This document shows, piece by piece, positions 16,964 to 25,749 of a DNA stretch of 37,879 nucleotides. Source of the DNA: a virus (Duplodnaviria; Caudoviricetes). A program made the position numbers and the translations under genes. The notes under the pieces are model-generated. The model was not told the origin of the DNA. It did no database searches and was given only the letters and a program-made list of their open reading frames with translations. Location of the stretch: the IMG/VR virus record IMGVR_UViG_3300029183_000014, positions 1 to 37,879 of that record, one strand, 5' to 3'. The first letter of the stretch is position 1. Every line of letters begins with the position of its first letter.

Positions 16964-19923
16964 TGGCTGATATTTTAGGATTAGAACAACAAAATCCTAT
17001 CTTACAACGTCCTAATCCAGTAACAGAAGGTGCTAAATCTTTTGATAGGGATTCTTTTAGGCAATTTTTAAGTGAGTCTCCTAAGCTAGGTGCTCCTGAA
17101 GGAGAGACTTTAGAAGACCAAATTCCTGAAACTATTCCTGACACTAAGTTTGATGAAGACGGTAATTATCTTACTGACTTTGAACCATTAATGCCTAGTG
17201 ATCCTTCTCCTGAGCAGATGGAGTTAAAGGAACTTAAAGGACAACGAGGCGGGTTAACTGAAGCTGATGATCCTAATTTAGCTTTAGAAACTATGGGCGG
17301 AATTCAACAACTTGAAGATCGTGGAATCCAATCTTATGGTTTAGCTAAAGAACAAGAACAAAAAGTACTTGATAAGTTTAATGCTGAAATGCAAATTAAC
17401 TTAGCTCGTGAAGAAATGGGATTAGGTAAGCTTCCAGTAGATCTTGATACTTCTGTAGAAGACTTCGGTTTAGGCGTGGACTTAGGGTTTTCAGATAATT
17501 TACAAGAACAAGAAAGAACTGTACTTAAACACTTTCCCGGTGCTGATGTACAGATAGCTAGACTTACTACTGGAGATGAACTATTTGTTAATCTTCCGGG
17601 TACTAATAAGTATATTCCTGTTAAAGGTTGGCAAACCAGAATGGGTGAAGTAGCAGCTATGACTCCTGAAATTGGAGTTGGAGTTACTACTGCTTTAGGT
17701 ACTGGTGGGTTAGGTATTGCTGGTAGGGTTATTGCTGAAGGTGTAGCTGGTGCTGGTTATAGTGCTGCTAAAAGTGCTGTTCAAAAAGAACGTGGAATCA
17801 AAACAGAAAGTGCTGAAGAGATAGCTGAGAGGGCTGGTAAAGAAGGTTTAATCAATATTACTGGTGAACTTGGTGCTACTGCTGTTCAATATACTAGATC
17901 AGCTATGAGACTTGGTGGTAATATGATTAGGTTAGATCCTGATGCTGCTGCTGCTGAAGAAGCTGCTAAAAGACTAGGTGTTGATGTTCCTCCTACTACA
18001 TATACTCCATTTGGTAGACGATTAGAGAATATGGCTAAAGCTCTTATTCCCGGTGCTAAAAAGAAAGCACAACTACCAAGAGAACAAATAAGAATGCAGA
18101 TCAATGAAATGGCTTCTTTACGTGAGCAACAGTTTAATGAATTAGGAAGAATTCCTTTAAGTTATACTGAAGCTGAAGAAAAGGTAATTAAGGCTGCTAT
18201 TTCTAATCCTAAGATTGTTAGTGATGTAGAAACAGGTAAACTACTTCAAGATCGTATTGTAGAATGGGAAAAAGATTTACTTGGGCCTGATGGTACTGTC
18301 AGCAAAATGTATGCTGATCTTCTATCTAATGCTCCAGATGATTTAACATTTGACACTGCTGCTATTAAAGATGCTGCTGGAGATATTGTATCCAAAAACA
18401 CTGCTCAAGGTGTTGAAGTAGCTGAGCAAGCTGATGAACTTATTAATATTGATCTTAATCCTCCTGAAGGTAAATCTGTAGCTCAATATGCTCAAGGACT
18501 AACCAAACTAGTTGATGAACTAGCTGCTACTGGTGACAAATCTGCATTTGAAGCTTTAAAGGAAGCTAGAACTAAGATTGGTGAAAAGGCTAGTTTCAAT
18601 AAGCTTTATAGTGATTTAAGTCCTGAAGAAAAGACTTATCGTAAGCTTTATCGTGGGTTTACTGAAGCTATGTCTTCTCCTAAGTCACAAAATCCTGAGT
18701 TTATTCAGCAATGGGCTGAAACATCTAAAGCTGCTAGGGCTGCATATGAATTAAGAGATATGCACACAGTTCAACGTATCTTACACTCTGATACGCCTTG
18801 GAAGATTCCTGATGAAATGTTTGATCCTAAGAATGCAGGAGCTATTGTACAAGTAGCTGGCATTTTAGAAGGTGATAAACTTAATATACTACAAGATAGG
18901 TTTAAAACTCAGCTTTTATCTAAACCGTATGCTGTACGTGAAATGATGCAAGAATGGTCTGAAAGAGCACCTAAAGAGCTTGATTTACTGCTTTCTAAGA
19001 GAGAGCAAAAAGAATTTAAGTTCATGGCTGATAGGTTAGAAGAGCTTCAAAACACTGTTCTATTTAAAAATCGTAATCGTATGATGGAACCTTTAGAATA
19101 TGCTGAAAAGCTATTTAGAGAAGGATCTAATGCTGAAATGAAAGCTTATCTACAAGCTATGGGGCCAGAGTATAAAGAGTTTGTACAGTATGGCTTTATG
19201 AAATACTTAAAAGAAGCTTCTGCTTTCTATGACGATGGAGTTACTGTTGTTCATCCGGGTGTTGTAAGTAAGATTGTAACTGATCTGGAGACTAGAGGAA
19301 TCCTGTCTGAAACATTTGGTTTTGATGAAAAGACTATCAAACAATTAAAAGATGTAAGATCTGTATCCAGTTTCTTAAACAAAGCTGCTGATCCCGGTGC
19401 TAGTCTTCAAGCTGCTAGTATGGCTGCTGAAGCATTTGACTTAGGTGCATTGATAGACAAAGATAAAGCTGGATCTTGGTTTGAGAATATTGTTCATATT
19501 GGTGCTGTAACTTTACAAGCTGATAAATTTATGAGCAGAAATAGATCTCTTGGTAATAACTTAATTGGCAGAACTATTGGATTAGATCCTTTACCACTTA
19601 TGTTACAACAAAAGAAAGGTATGATAACTAACCAACCTCTTGTTAGATCTGCATTTATTTCTTCATTACAGTTTATGGATCATATGGAAAGATTAGATCA
19701 AACTTTTGATATGAGCAAAAAGAAAGCTGATCCTGAGTTAATGAAACAACTTAGTGAAGAAAGCATTAGATCGTTAATGAAAACTGGAATTTATGATAGT
19801 AGAGAGTTAATGCAATATCTTAAATCTCCCGGTGATAAATCTTTAGATGAATCTGTTGAACCTAGTTATGAAGATAGACTACAGCAACAGAAAGAAGGCT
19901 TTAGAAAGTTCTTAAATGAGTAA
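16963..19923 (+). CDS. Large putative internal virion/ejection protein
   Basis: 986 aa with a G/A-rich hydrophobic segment; last gene before lysis. Confidence 0.6.
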   Translation: MADILGLEQQNPILQRPNPVTEGAKSFDRDSFRQFLSESPKLGAPEGETLEDQIPETIPDTKFDEDGNYLTDFEPLMPSDPSPEQMELKELKGQRGGLTEADDPNLALETMGGIQQLEDRGIQSYGLAKEQEQKVLDKFNAEMQINLAREEMGLGKLPVDLDTSVEDFGLGVDLGFSDNLQEQERTVLKHFPGADVQIARLTTGDELFVNLPGTNKYIPVKGWQTRMGEVAAMTPEIGVGVTTALGTGGLGIAGRVIAEGVAGAGYSAAKSAVQKERGIKTESAEEIAERAGKEGLINITGELGATAVQYTRSAMRLGGNMIRLDPDAAAAEEAAKRLGVDVPPTTYTPFGRRLENMAKALIPGAKKKAQLPREQIRMQINEMASLREQQFNELGRIPLSYTEAEEKVIKAAISNPKIVSDVETGKLLQDRIVEWEKDLLGPDGTVSKMYADLLSNAPDDLTFDTAAIKDAAGDIVSKNTAQGVEVAEQADELINIDLNPPEGKSVAQYAQGLTKLVDELAATGDKSAFEALKEARTKIGEKASFNKLYSDLSPEEKTYRKLYRGFTEAMSSPKSQNPEFIQQWAETSKAARAAYELRDMHTVQRILHSDTPWKIPDEMFDPKNAGAIVQVAGILEGDKLNILQDRFKTQLLSKPYAVREMMQEWSERAPKELDLLLSKREQKEFKFMADRLEELQNTVLFKNRNRMMEPLEYAEKLFREGSNAEMKAYLQAMGPEYKEFVQYGFMKYLKEASAFYDDGVTVVHPGVVSKIVTDLETRGILSETFGFDEKTIKQLKDVRSVSSFLNKAADPGASLQAASMAAEAFDLGALIDKDKAGSWFENIVHIGAVTLQADKFMSRNRSLGNNLIGRTIGLDPLPLMLQQKKGMITNQPLVRSAFISSLQFMDHMERLDQTFDMSKKKADPELMKQLSEESIRSLMKTGIYDSRELMQYLKSPGDKSLDESVEPSYEDRLQQQKEGFRKFLNE

Positions 19924-20497
19924 AATCCGTAAATTCTTTCAATTACTGTTGATCAAGTTTGGAGTATTCACTGCTACTCCTAACATTATTGATTCTGATA
20001 GCGAATTAGCTAAATCTCTTATTAATGAGAATTTAGTAGAAATGCTTAAAGAAGATGAAGGTATTCGTGCTAAAGTGTACGTTGATACCACAGGGCATAA
20101 GACTGTAGGAATCGGTTTTAATATGGATTCACCAGCAGCCCGGAGATTTTGGGATGCAGCTAATGTAGAAGAAGACTTTTACAAGATCTATCAAGGTAAA
20201 GAAACCTTATCTGCTGAAAGTATAGAAGCTTTACTTAATATCCATTTAGAAGATATTGAAGAAAATATAGCCTCTATCTACCCTAATATCTATGCTTGGT
20301 CTGAGAATAGACGTAATGGATTAATGAATTTCTACTATCAACTTGGAATGGGTAATGTTAAGAAGTTTGTTAATACTAATAAGTATATTAATAATGAAGA
20401 ATGGAATTTAGCTGCTGCTAATCTTAAGAAGTCGAAATGGATTAAGCAGACTCCTAATAGAGCTAAAAGAGTGATTGAGTTAATTCAGTATGGCTAG
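19916..20497 (+). CDS. Endolysin, T4-lysozyme-like muramidase (GH24)
   Basis: 'EDEG...VYVDTTGHKTVGIG' (E-D-T triad), 'SKWIKQTPNRAKRV'. Confidence 0.92.
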   Translation: MSKIRKFFQLLLIKFGVFTATPNIIDSDSELAKSLINENLVEMLKEDEGIRAKVYVDTTGHKTVGIGFNMDSPAARRFWDAANVEEDFYKIYQGKETLSAESIEALLNIHLEDIEENIASIYPNIYAWSENRRNGLMNFYYQLGMGNVKKFVNTNKYINNEEWNLAAANLKKSKWIKQTPNRAKRVIELIQYG

Positions 20498-20834
20498 TTT
20501 TGATAAACTACAGTTAGGCCAAAATAGGCCCGGTGATACTAATAATCATGTGCTTTGTAACCCTAGCACTGGTGAGATCTGTATTGTAGAGACTTTGGTT
20601 GTTACTAACAATACTGGTGGTGCTGTTACTTATCGTGTGTTTCATGATGATGACGGGACTACTTATGATCAATCTACTGCTTTATATTATGATGTGAGTA
20701 TATCAGCTAATACTACTGATTTACTAGAATTTCAAAATGGACTTGCTTTAGCTAATCCTAATGGTAATTTAGCTGTAAGATCTAGTTCTGCAAGTGCTTT
20801 GACATTTACTGCTTATGGGAGTAGGAAAACTTAA
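20490..20834 (+). CDS. Hypothetical beta-rich protein
   Basis: 114 aa overlapping the endolysin stop. Confidence 0.7.
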   Translation: MASFDKLQLGQNRPGDTNNHVLCNPSTGEICIVETLVVTNNTGGAVTYRVFHDDDGTTYDQSTALYYDVSISANTTDLLEFQNGLALANPNGNLAVRSSSASALTFTAYGSRKT

Positions 20835-21001
20835 TGCCTGTTTCTAGGATGCCTCCGCCAAACCATGATATGAGCGGATATGTTCTAGAATTATCTGAGA
20901 CACTAAGAAATTTGTCTCACCAACAACTAGTCTTAATCAAAACTTTAAATAGACTAGTAAAACAATTGATTCGTCAATGTAATCGTGACGATGACGATTA
21001 A
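20834..21001 (+). CDS. Small hypothetical protein (55 aa, not in the ORF track)
   Basis: TAATG coupling, AGGA upstream; MPVSRMPPP...RDDDD. Confidence 0.55.
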   Translation: MPVSRMPPPNHDMSGYVLELSETLRNLSHQQLVLIKTLNRLVKQLIRQCNRDDDD

Positions 21002-21015
21002 GAAAGGAAAAGACA

Positions 21016-21195
21016 ATGGAAACAGAAGTTGCACAAGTTTGTGCCAATAATTTACCTGAAATCGTTGCTGTAATCGGTACTACAGTTGTTACTGTAGCTG
21101 CTGCTTTAAGTAATGTTGTAGGTAAAGGTACGTTGCTTGGTAAAGTAGTAAACTGGATTGGTTTAAACTTTACTGTTGAAAAAAAGAAAAAGTAA
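21016..21195 (+). CDS. Putative holin (59 aa, not in the ORF track)
   Basis: AAGGA SD; hydrophobic IVAVIGTTVVTVAAALSNVV, 'GKVVNWIGLNF', KKKK tail; directly before the spanins. Confidence 0.65.
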   Translation: METEVAQVCANNLPEIVAVIGTTVVTVAAALSNVVGKGTLLGKVVNWIGLNFTVEKKKK

Positions 21196-21411
21196 ATGGA
21201 TATATTGGTTACTATCCTCTCTCTAATTCTAGGTGCTGTGGGTCTAGGGGGAGGATTTTTTATTTGGAAATCTAAGAATAAAGAAATTAAAAATTTAGAA
21301 GAGAAAGTAGAAGAGGCTGAAGATAATGCTGAAGTCAGTCAAAAACAGTTGGATATTGTTACTGATCGTACTACCAATACTTCTGGCAAGTTGCGCAAAG
21401 GTAAGTTCTAA
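21196..21411 (+). CDS. i-spanin (Rz-like)
   Basis: N-terminal TM followed by a coiled coil. Confidence 0.75.
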   Translation: MDILVTILSLILGAVGLGGGFFIWKSKNKEIKNLEEKVEEAEDNAEVSQKQLDIVTDRTTNTSGKLRKGKF

Positions 21412-21577
21412 CTGTGGCGCTTTGTTCACTTATAGTTTTGAAGATCAGCTAGAAACTGCTGAAGAGTATGATGATGCTGTAAAAAAAGCCCTCTATCCGA
21501 AGATGAGGGCCAAGTTGGATGATTATGGAAAAACGAGAGATACTATTAGGGTGTGTCGTGGACAGACTGTAGAATAA
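21326..21577 (+). CDS. o-spanin (Rz1-like lipoprotein)
   Basis: Signal peptide with LASC lipobox; overlaps the i-spanin in another frame. Confidence 0.8.
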   Translation: MLKSVKNSWILLLIVLPILLASCAKVSSNCGALFTYSFEDQLETAEEYDDAVKKALYPKMRAKLDDYGKTRDTIRVCRGQTVE

Positions 21578-21707
21578 GTTTACCGTTCTTGTATTCTATA
21601 GTGAAATCGTCATCATCAGCATAGTAGTTGTCATCATTAAAATAAAAATCAATAACTAATGATTTAACTGCTTCTAAAGGTAATTCTAATCGAATCTTAG
21701 TATCCAT
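21546..21707 (-). CDS. Small acidic hypothetical protein (53 aa)
   Basis: GAGGAG SD; MDTKIRLELPLE...HDTP. Confidence 0.6.
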   Translation of the reverse strand: MDTKIRLELPLEAVKSLVIDFYFNDDNYYADDDDFTIEYKNGKLILQSVHDTP

Positions 21708-21846
21708 ACTCTAACTCCTCTAAATCATTTCTAATCCACATAAGAAGCTGCTCCAGATTGTCTGTAGCGGCTATTTTTCCGTCTAGATCTTCCCAATTAT
21801 ATACTGTTTCCCCTTTATCTTTATGTATTGTTATTACTAGTTCCAT
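21697..21846 (-). CDS. Small hypothetical protein (49 aa)
   Basis: MELVITIHK...EYGY; overlaps both neighbours and fills the gap. Confidence 0.5.
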   Translation of the reverse strand: MELVITIHKDKGETVYNWEDLDGKIAATDNLEQLLMWIRNDLEELEYGY

Positions 21847-22141
21847 TCTCGATATTCTCTATTAATTTACTCAGATACCACTGAGCTTTCTTAAGATCTT
21901 CTAAGCCGTTCTTGTAAGGCCACCTCCAAAGATATTTAAATATATTTAACCACATATAGCTTTGAAATGCCGGTAATTTAGCATTACTAGCTGCTGCTTC
22001 CATTGCATCAATACACTCAATACCGTGTTCATTAAGCTTATAATGTTCTGGATGATTTATGTTATCTTTTTTACCTAATGCTTCATCATCAAGCGCTGTT
22101 AAATGTGTAAATCCCCAAGCAGGTAAATTATCACCCAACAT
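21821..22141 (-). CDS. DUF3310 / T7 gp1.7-like nucleotide kinase family protein
   Basis: 'INHPEHY..IECID...KYLWR...KNGLEDLKKAQWYL'. Confidence 0.85.
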   Translation of the reverse strand: MLGDNLPAWGFTHLTALDDEALGKKDNINHPEHYKLNEHGIECIDAMEAAASNAKLPAFQSYMWLNIFKYLWRWPYKNGLEDLKKAQWYLSKLIENIENGTSNNNT

Positions 22142-22355
22142 TAGCTGCCTCCTCTAGTCTTTTAACTTCTTGTTGAAGTTCATCAGGATTTAAGCTTTGT
22201 AATAGCTTTAGATAAGATAGAATAGCAGACACAGCATTAATACAAGGCCGTGATTCTGCATTATCAGCTTCATGTTTATTAGCGTATGTAGGATACCAAG
22301 TTACTGCAAACTCTTGATCATCTACATCAATTATTGTAATTGTGGCTGCTGCCAT
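22131..22355 (-). CDS. Hypothetical protein
   Basis: 74 aa, GAGG SD, tight packing. Confidence 0.65.
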   Translation of the reverse strand: MAAATITIIDVDDQEFAVTWYPTYANKHEADNAESRPCINAVSAILSYLKLLQSLNPDELQQEVKRLEEAANVG

Positions 22356-22356
22356 A

Positions 22357-23382
22357 TTATACCTCTTGTTCCCAAGGGAATACCCCTGTCATTGTTCCTT
22401 TATTATATTCAGTAACACGATTTTCAAAAAAGTTAGTGTGCTCTACACTATTGAGCAATTCATCTAACCAATCTAAAGGATTGTGTTTAACACCAAAGTT
22501 AGTTTTAAGTCCGAGTTGGAGCAATCTACGGTCAGCTATGTAACGGATATATTGTTTGACTTCATCTGCTGATAAGCCTTCAACTGCTCCAAACTCAAAT
22601 GCAAGATCAATGAATGCATCTTCTAATTCAACGATCTTTCTACATATAGTATACAACTCTTTTTTAAAACTGTCAACCCAAATATCTGGATTTTCTGCAA
22701 TAAATTCTCTAAAGAGTCGAATCATATATTCTACATGAAGAGATTCATCACGAATAGACCATGTAACAATTTGACCCATCCCCTTCATTTTACCAAAACG
22801 TGTGAAATTCATTAAGATAGCAAATGAGCTAAATAGTTGTATTCCTTCAGTAAATGCTGAATATACTGCTAAAGATTTAGCTATTTCTTGTACAGATTGC
22901 TCTACTTCCCAATCTTGTAGATCATCCATCCATCCTTTATTTGTTAACCAATCATTTCTTACCGTAAATTCATCTAAATAATCATGCTTAGCAGCCATAG
23001 CTTCATATTTAGCAAAAGCTTGATACTCTACTTCAGGCATACCTACAGTATCTAGTAAATGAGCATAAGCTTTGATATGAATACCCTCCATACCAGCAAA
23101 AGCTCCTAGCATCATTTTAATCTCAGGATGGCCTCCAAACACAGGAATATACTTATCATAGTATCCATTAGCTACATCTACATCTGCTTGAGTAAAGAAG
23201 CGAAATAGCTGAGTAAGTAGATGCTTTTCATTAGGTGTTAGTTGATGATTCCAATCCTGCACATCTTCACGTAAAGATATTTCTTCAGGAATCCAATGCA
23301 TCTGGTGTTGCTTTTCAAACCCTTCGATAGCCCAAGGGTATTGGAAAGGTTTATAATAGTTTCTTTTTTCTAGTAAATTCAT
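22357..23382 (-). CDS. nrdB: Ribonucleotide reductase class Ia beta subunit
   Basis: 'FFTQAD', 'EGIHIKAY', 'EGIQLFSSF', 'RDESLH', 'NFFENRVTEY'. Confidence 0.96.
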   Translation of the reverse strand: MNLLEKRNYYKPFQYPWAIEGFEKQHQMHWIPEEISLREDVQDWNHQLTPNEKHLLTQLFRFFTQADVDVANGYYDKYIPVFGGHPEIKMMLGAFAGMEGIHIKAYAHLLDTVGMPEVEYQAFAKYEAMAAKHDYLDEFTVRNDWLTNKGWMDDLQDWEVEQSVQEIAKSLAVYSAFTEGIQLFSSFAILMNFTRFGKMKGMGQIVTWSIRDESLHVEYMIRLFREFIAENPDIWVDSFKKELYTICRKIVELEDAFIDLAFEFGAVEGLSADEVKQYIRYIADRRLLQLGLKTNFGVKHNPLDWLDELLNSVEHTNFFENRVTEYNKGTMTGVFPWEQEV

Positions 23383-23621
23383 TCTTTTCCTATTCTATAT
23401 CTCATTTCTTTTAACACCATATTTAAAGATGGAGCAAGTCCAATTCTACATGATCCAATGTCTACAGGATGGAATTCTCTCCCACTATCAGATTCTTCTG
23501 TATAATCTAGATAACTTATAAACTCTTCCATAAGCTCTAATACAGACATATTAGTAATCTTGTCTTCATATTCTTTAAGCTGTTTTTCAGCTTTATCTGT
23601 CCTTATTGAAATCATTAACAT
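23379..23621 (-). CDS. Hypothetical protein
   Basis: 80 aa, ATGA/TAATG coupling. Confidence 0.65.
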   Translation of the reverse strand: MLMISIRTDKAEKQLKEYEDKITNMSVLELMEEFISYLDYTEESDSGREFHPVDIGSCRIGLAPSLNMVLKEMRYRIGKE

Positions 23622-23803
23622 TAGTGTATTACCTCTATTTCTGTGTCCATTCTAAGTACTATCATCTTGTTAATAATAGTAGTTTCTTTAGCAGATTCTT
23701 TATCATAATAAATGTAAAAGAATTTATCATTCTCTCCAATAGCTTGCACACTATGGAACTCTTCATCTTCTCCATCTATTGTCTTTAACGTCACTGTTTT
23801 CAC
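23621..23803 (-). CDS. Hypothetical protein
   Basis: 60 aa, coupled to the ligase stop. Confidence 0.6.
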   Translation of the reverse strand: MKTVTLKTIDGEDEEFHSVQAIGENDKFFYIYYDKESAKETTIINKMIVLRMDTEIEVIH

Positions 23804-24456
23804 TTATCATCCCTTAATCGTAAGAAGATAGGTTGTCTAAGCTTACCTTCTTTTGTTAATTCCATATATTTTACTTCTATGTAGGTTCCTATTAGATCTT
23901 CTGTAAAGTATTCTTCTCTTTGTTTATCTGTTAATCCAGATCCTACATTACCTAAAGCAGTTTCAAATGCTCCAAGTCTACCTTTATTTCTACCAGTACC
24001 CTCTACAATACCAGTAATAGGTATATCTAAAGTTTCTTCCTTCTTGACTTTAAGCCATTCATCTCCTTTACGGAGTACTAATCCTTCATATCCTTCTTCT
24101 AAAACCTCTTCTAAAGATTCTTGAATATCCTCTTTTGTAGGCTCTATTAAATATCTATGATGTAATCTAGTATCAGGTATATCTAAAGAATATAAATACT
24201 TATTCCGTAATTGGTATGGTTTAGTATTAGAATTCCGGGCTAGTGATACTGTTTCATCCCAATCACCTGTATAGAACTCAAAATCACCTCTGAATCCTTT
24301 ATCGTAATAATACTGTAATCCCGGTAAAGGTTTACCTGCTCTACTACAAGCTCCACCTTCATCTATTAACACTCTTACGCCATCAATCTTTAACGTTGCA
24401 TCCCATACACCCTCTAGATCTTCTCCAGACCACATTTTTGGCTTAATGAAATCCAT
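23800..24456 (-). CDS. Minimal ATP-dependent DNA ligase
   Basis: Motif I KIDGVR, EGLVLR, KVK, OB-fold 'LRQPIFLRLRDDK'. Confidence 0.92.
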   Translation of the reverse strand: MDFIKPKMWSGEDLEGVWDATLKIDGVRVLIDEGGACSRAGKPLPGLQYYYDKGFRGDFEFYTGDWDETVSLARNSNTKPYQLRNKYLYSLDIPDTRLHHRYLIEPTKEDIQESLEEVLEEGYEGLVLRKGDEWLKVKKEETLDIPITGIVEGTGRNKGRLGAFETALGNVGSGLTDKQREEYFTEDLIGTYIEVKYMELTKEGKLRQPIFLRLRDDK

Positions 24457-24491
24457 TTGTTAACCTTTTTATAGAGTAAATAGTTAATATT

Positions 24492-24567
24492 TGGAGCAGG
24501 AACTCAGATTTGAACTGAGACTTATTGGGTGGAAGCCAATCGTGCTGCCGTTAAACACTACACCTGC
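24492..24567 (-). tRNA. tRNA-Gly(TCC)
   Basis: Cloverleaf: ATTGG-CTTCCAC-CCAAT, T-loop TTCAAAT, U73, encoded CCA. Confidence 0.9.
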
Positions 24568-24569
24568 AT

Positions 24570-24643
24570 TGGCGAATAGGCAAGGAATCGAACCCTGATC
24601 TGCGGAGTTGGAAGCCGCCATGTTACCATTACACCACCTAGAC
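24570..24643 (-). tRNA. tRNA-Trp(CCA), atypical stems
   Basis: Anticodon loop TTCCAAC, T-loop TTCGATT, G73, CCA; acceptor mismatches at 2-71 and 3-70, C31-U39. Confidence 0.7.
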
Positions 24644-25249
24644 CTTGGATGCTGAGCTAGGGATCGAACCTAGATTCGCAGATTCAAAGTCTGCTGTCCT
24701 ACCATTAGACGACTCAGCAATAGTAATAATGTCTGCTTGTTTTTTACGTCTTTTTGGTTTGCTAGTTTTTAAGTTATCCACCACTTTACTTAACATATCT
24801 AGATTAGATTCTTGTATTTGTCTAACAGGATGAATGTCTTCAATATTTATTGCAAAATATTTGTGAACATCATCATTAATAGTAATTTTACCTCTAACTA
24901 TATTTGCAAACTCATGAGGGTTTCTAACTACTTCTACTTTAGACACACTAATAGAATTTACTTCATCAGAAGATTCAATGATTCTAGGAGGTTTTACTTT
25001 ATGATTATGTTCTTGACATAGAAAATCAAGCTTTCTAATGTAAGCATTTCCTACTAATTTAGTGTTATCTATGTAAGCTCTACCGATAAGATTCATATCA
25101 GAATGACGGATATAAACTTTATCTCTACCCATCTTTTTGCCTTCACAATTCATAAAGCCCGGTTTAGGTAATATCATCCACCCTTCTTCCCTTAGAGTCT
25201 CTTCAGAGCACATAAAGCCTTTATAGGAATAGTATATATCACTAGACAT
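24638..25249 (-). CDS. Hypothetical protein whose 3' end runs through tRNA-Gln
   Basis: ~203 aa from ATG 25249, overlapping the upstream stop. Confidence 0.7.
   Translation of the reverse strand: MSSDIYYSYKGFMCSEETLREEGWMILPKPGFMNCEGKKMGRDKVYIRHSDMNLIGRAYIDNTKLVGNAYIRKLDFLCQEHNHKVKPPRIIESSDEVNSISVSKVEVVRNPHEFANIVRGKITINDDVHKYFAINIEDIHPVRQIQESNLDMLSKVVDNLKTSKPKRRKKQADIITIAESSNGRTADFESANLGSIPSSASKV
24646..24719 (-). tRNA. tRNA-Gln(TTG)
   Basis: TGCTGAG/CTCAGCA acceptor, GCAGA-CTTTGAA-TCTGC, TTCGATC, CCA. Confidence 0.93.
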
Positions 25250-25478
25250 CAGAAGCAAGAATTCCTAGTTCATCACGAGCATCTTCCATGTAATCATCAA
25301 GATCTCGTTGAGCAAGAACATAAGCTTCTTTAGCTTTGTTACGAACTTCTACCTTTTCTTTAAGCTTTTTCTTAATTTCAGCAGCTTTACCTTTCTGAAT
25401 TTCTTTGTCAATCTGCTCCAACATTTTGTTAGGATCAAGACTGTTCTTATCCAGCTTTTCTACTTTATCATCAGACAT
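25242..25478 (-). CDS. Hypothetical coiled-coil protein
   Basis: AAGGA SD, 78 aa. Confidence 0.7.
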   Translation of the reverse strand: MSDDKVEKLDKNSLDPNKMLEQIDKEIQKGKAAEIKKKLKEKVEVRNKAKEAYVLAQRDLDDYMEDARDELGILASDV

Positions 25479-25502
25479 TTCTAGTTCCTTATCTTAAGTT
25501 AA

Positions 25503-25589
25503 TGGTGGGAGCGGTAAGGACTTGCACCTACGGTGTTTCTAACGTCACAGTTTTACAGACTGCTTCCTTCGCTGCTTGGATACACTCCC
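25503..25589 (-). tRNA. tRNA-Tyr(GTA)
   Basis: GGGAGTG/CGCTCCC, GCAGT-CTGTAAA-ACTGT, long variable arm, T-loop TGCAAGT, CCA. Confidence 0.85.
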
Positions 25590-25592
25590 GTT

Positions 25593-25669
25593 TGGTAGAG
25601 GTGGATGGAGTTGCACCACCGACCTTTCGCGTATCAGACGAATGCTCTAACTAACTGAGCTACACCTCT
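25593..25669 (-). tRNA. tRNA-Ile(GAT)
   Basis: AGAGGTG/CACCTCT, TTCGT-CTGATAC-GCGAA, T-loop TGCAACT, CCA. Confidence 0.9.
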
Positions 25670-25671
25670 AT

Positions 25672-25746
25672 TGGTTGCAGGGGTGAGAATCGAACTCACG
25701 ACCTCCAGTTTATGAGACTGGCGAGCTACCACTGCTCTACCCTGCA
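25672..25746 (-). tRNA. tRNA-Met(CAT), initiator-like body
   Basis: TGCAGGG/CCCTGCA, GAGC/GCTC D-stem, CCAGT-CTCATAA-ACTGG, CCA. Confidence 0.88.
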
Positions 25747-25749
25747 TTC

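Noticed and set aside
19916-19990. SAR signal on the endolysin
   Set aside because: The hydrophobic stretch is short, interrupted by Lys and not Gly/Ala-rich
24492-25746. tRNAs as an attachment site (prophage) or as suppressors indicating a recoded genome
   Set aside because: No integrase or host flank; no anticodon reads a stop codon, and genes translate cleanly with TAA, TAG and TGA all used as stops
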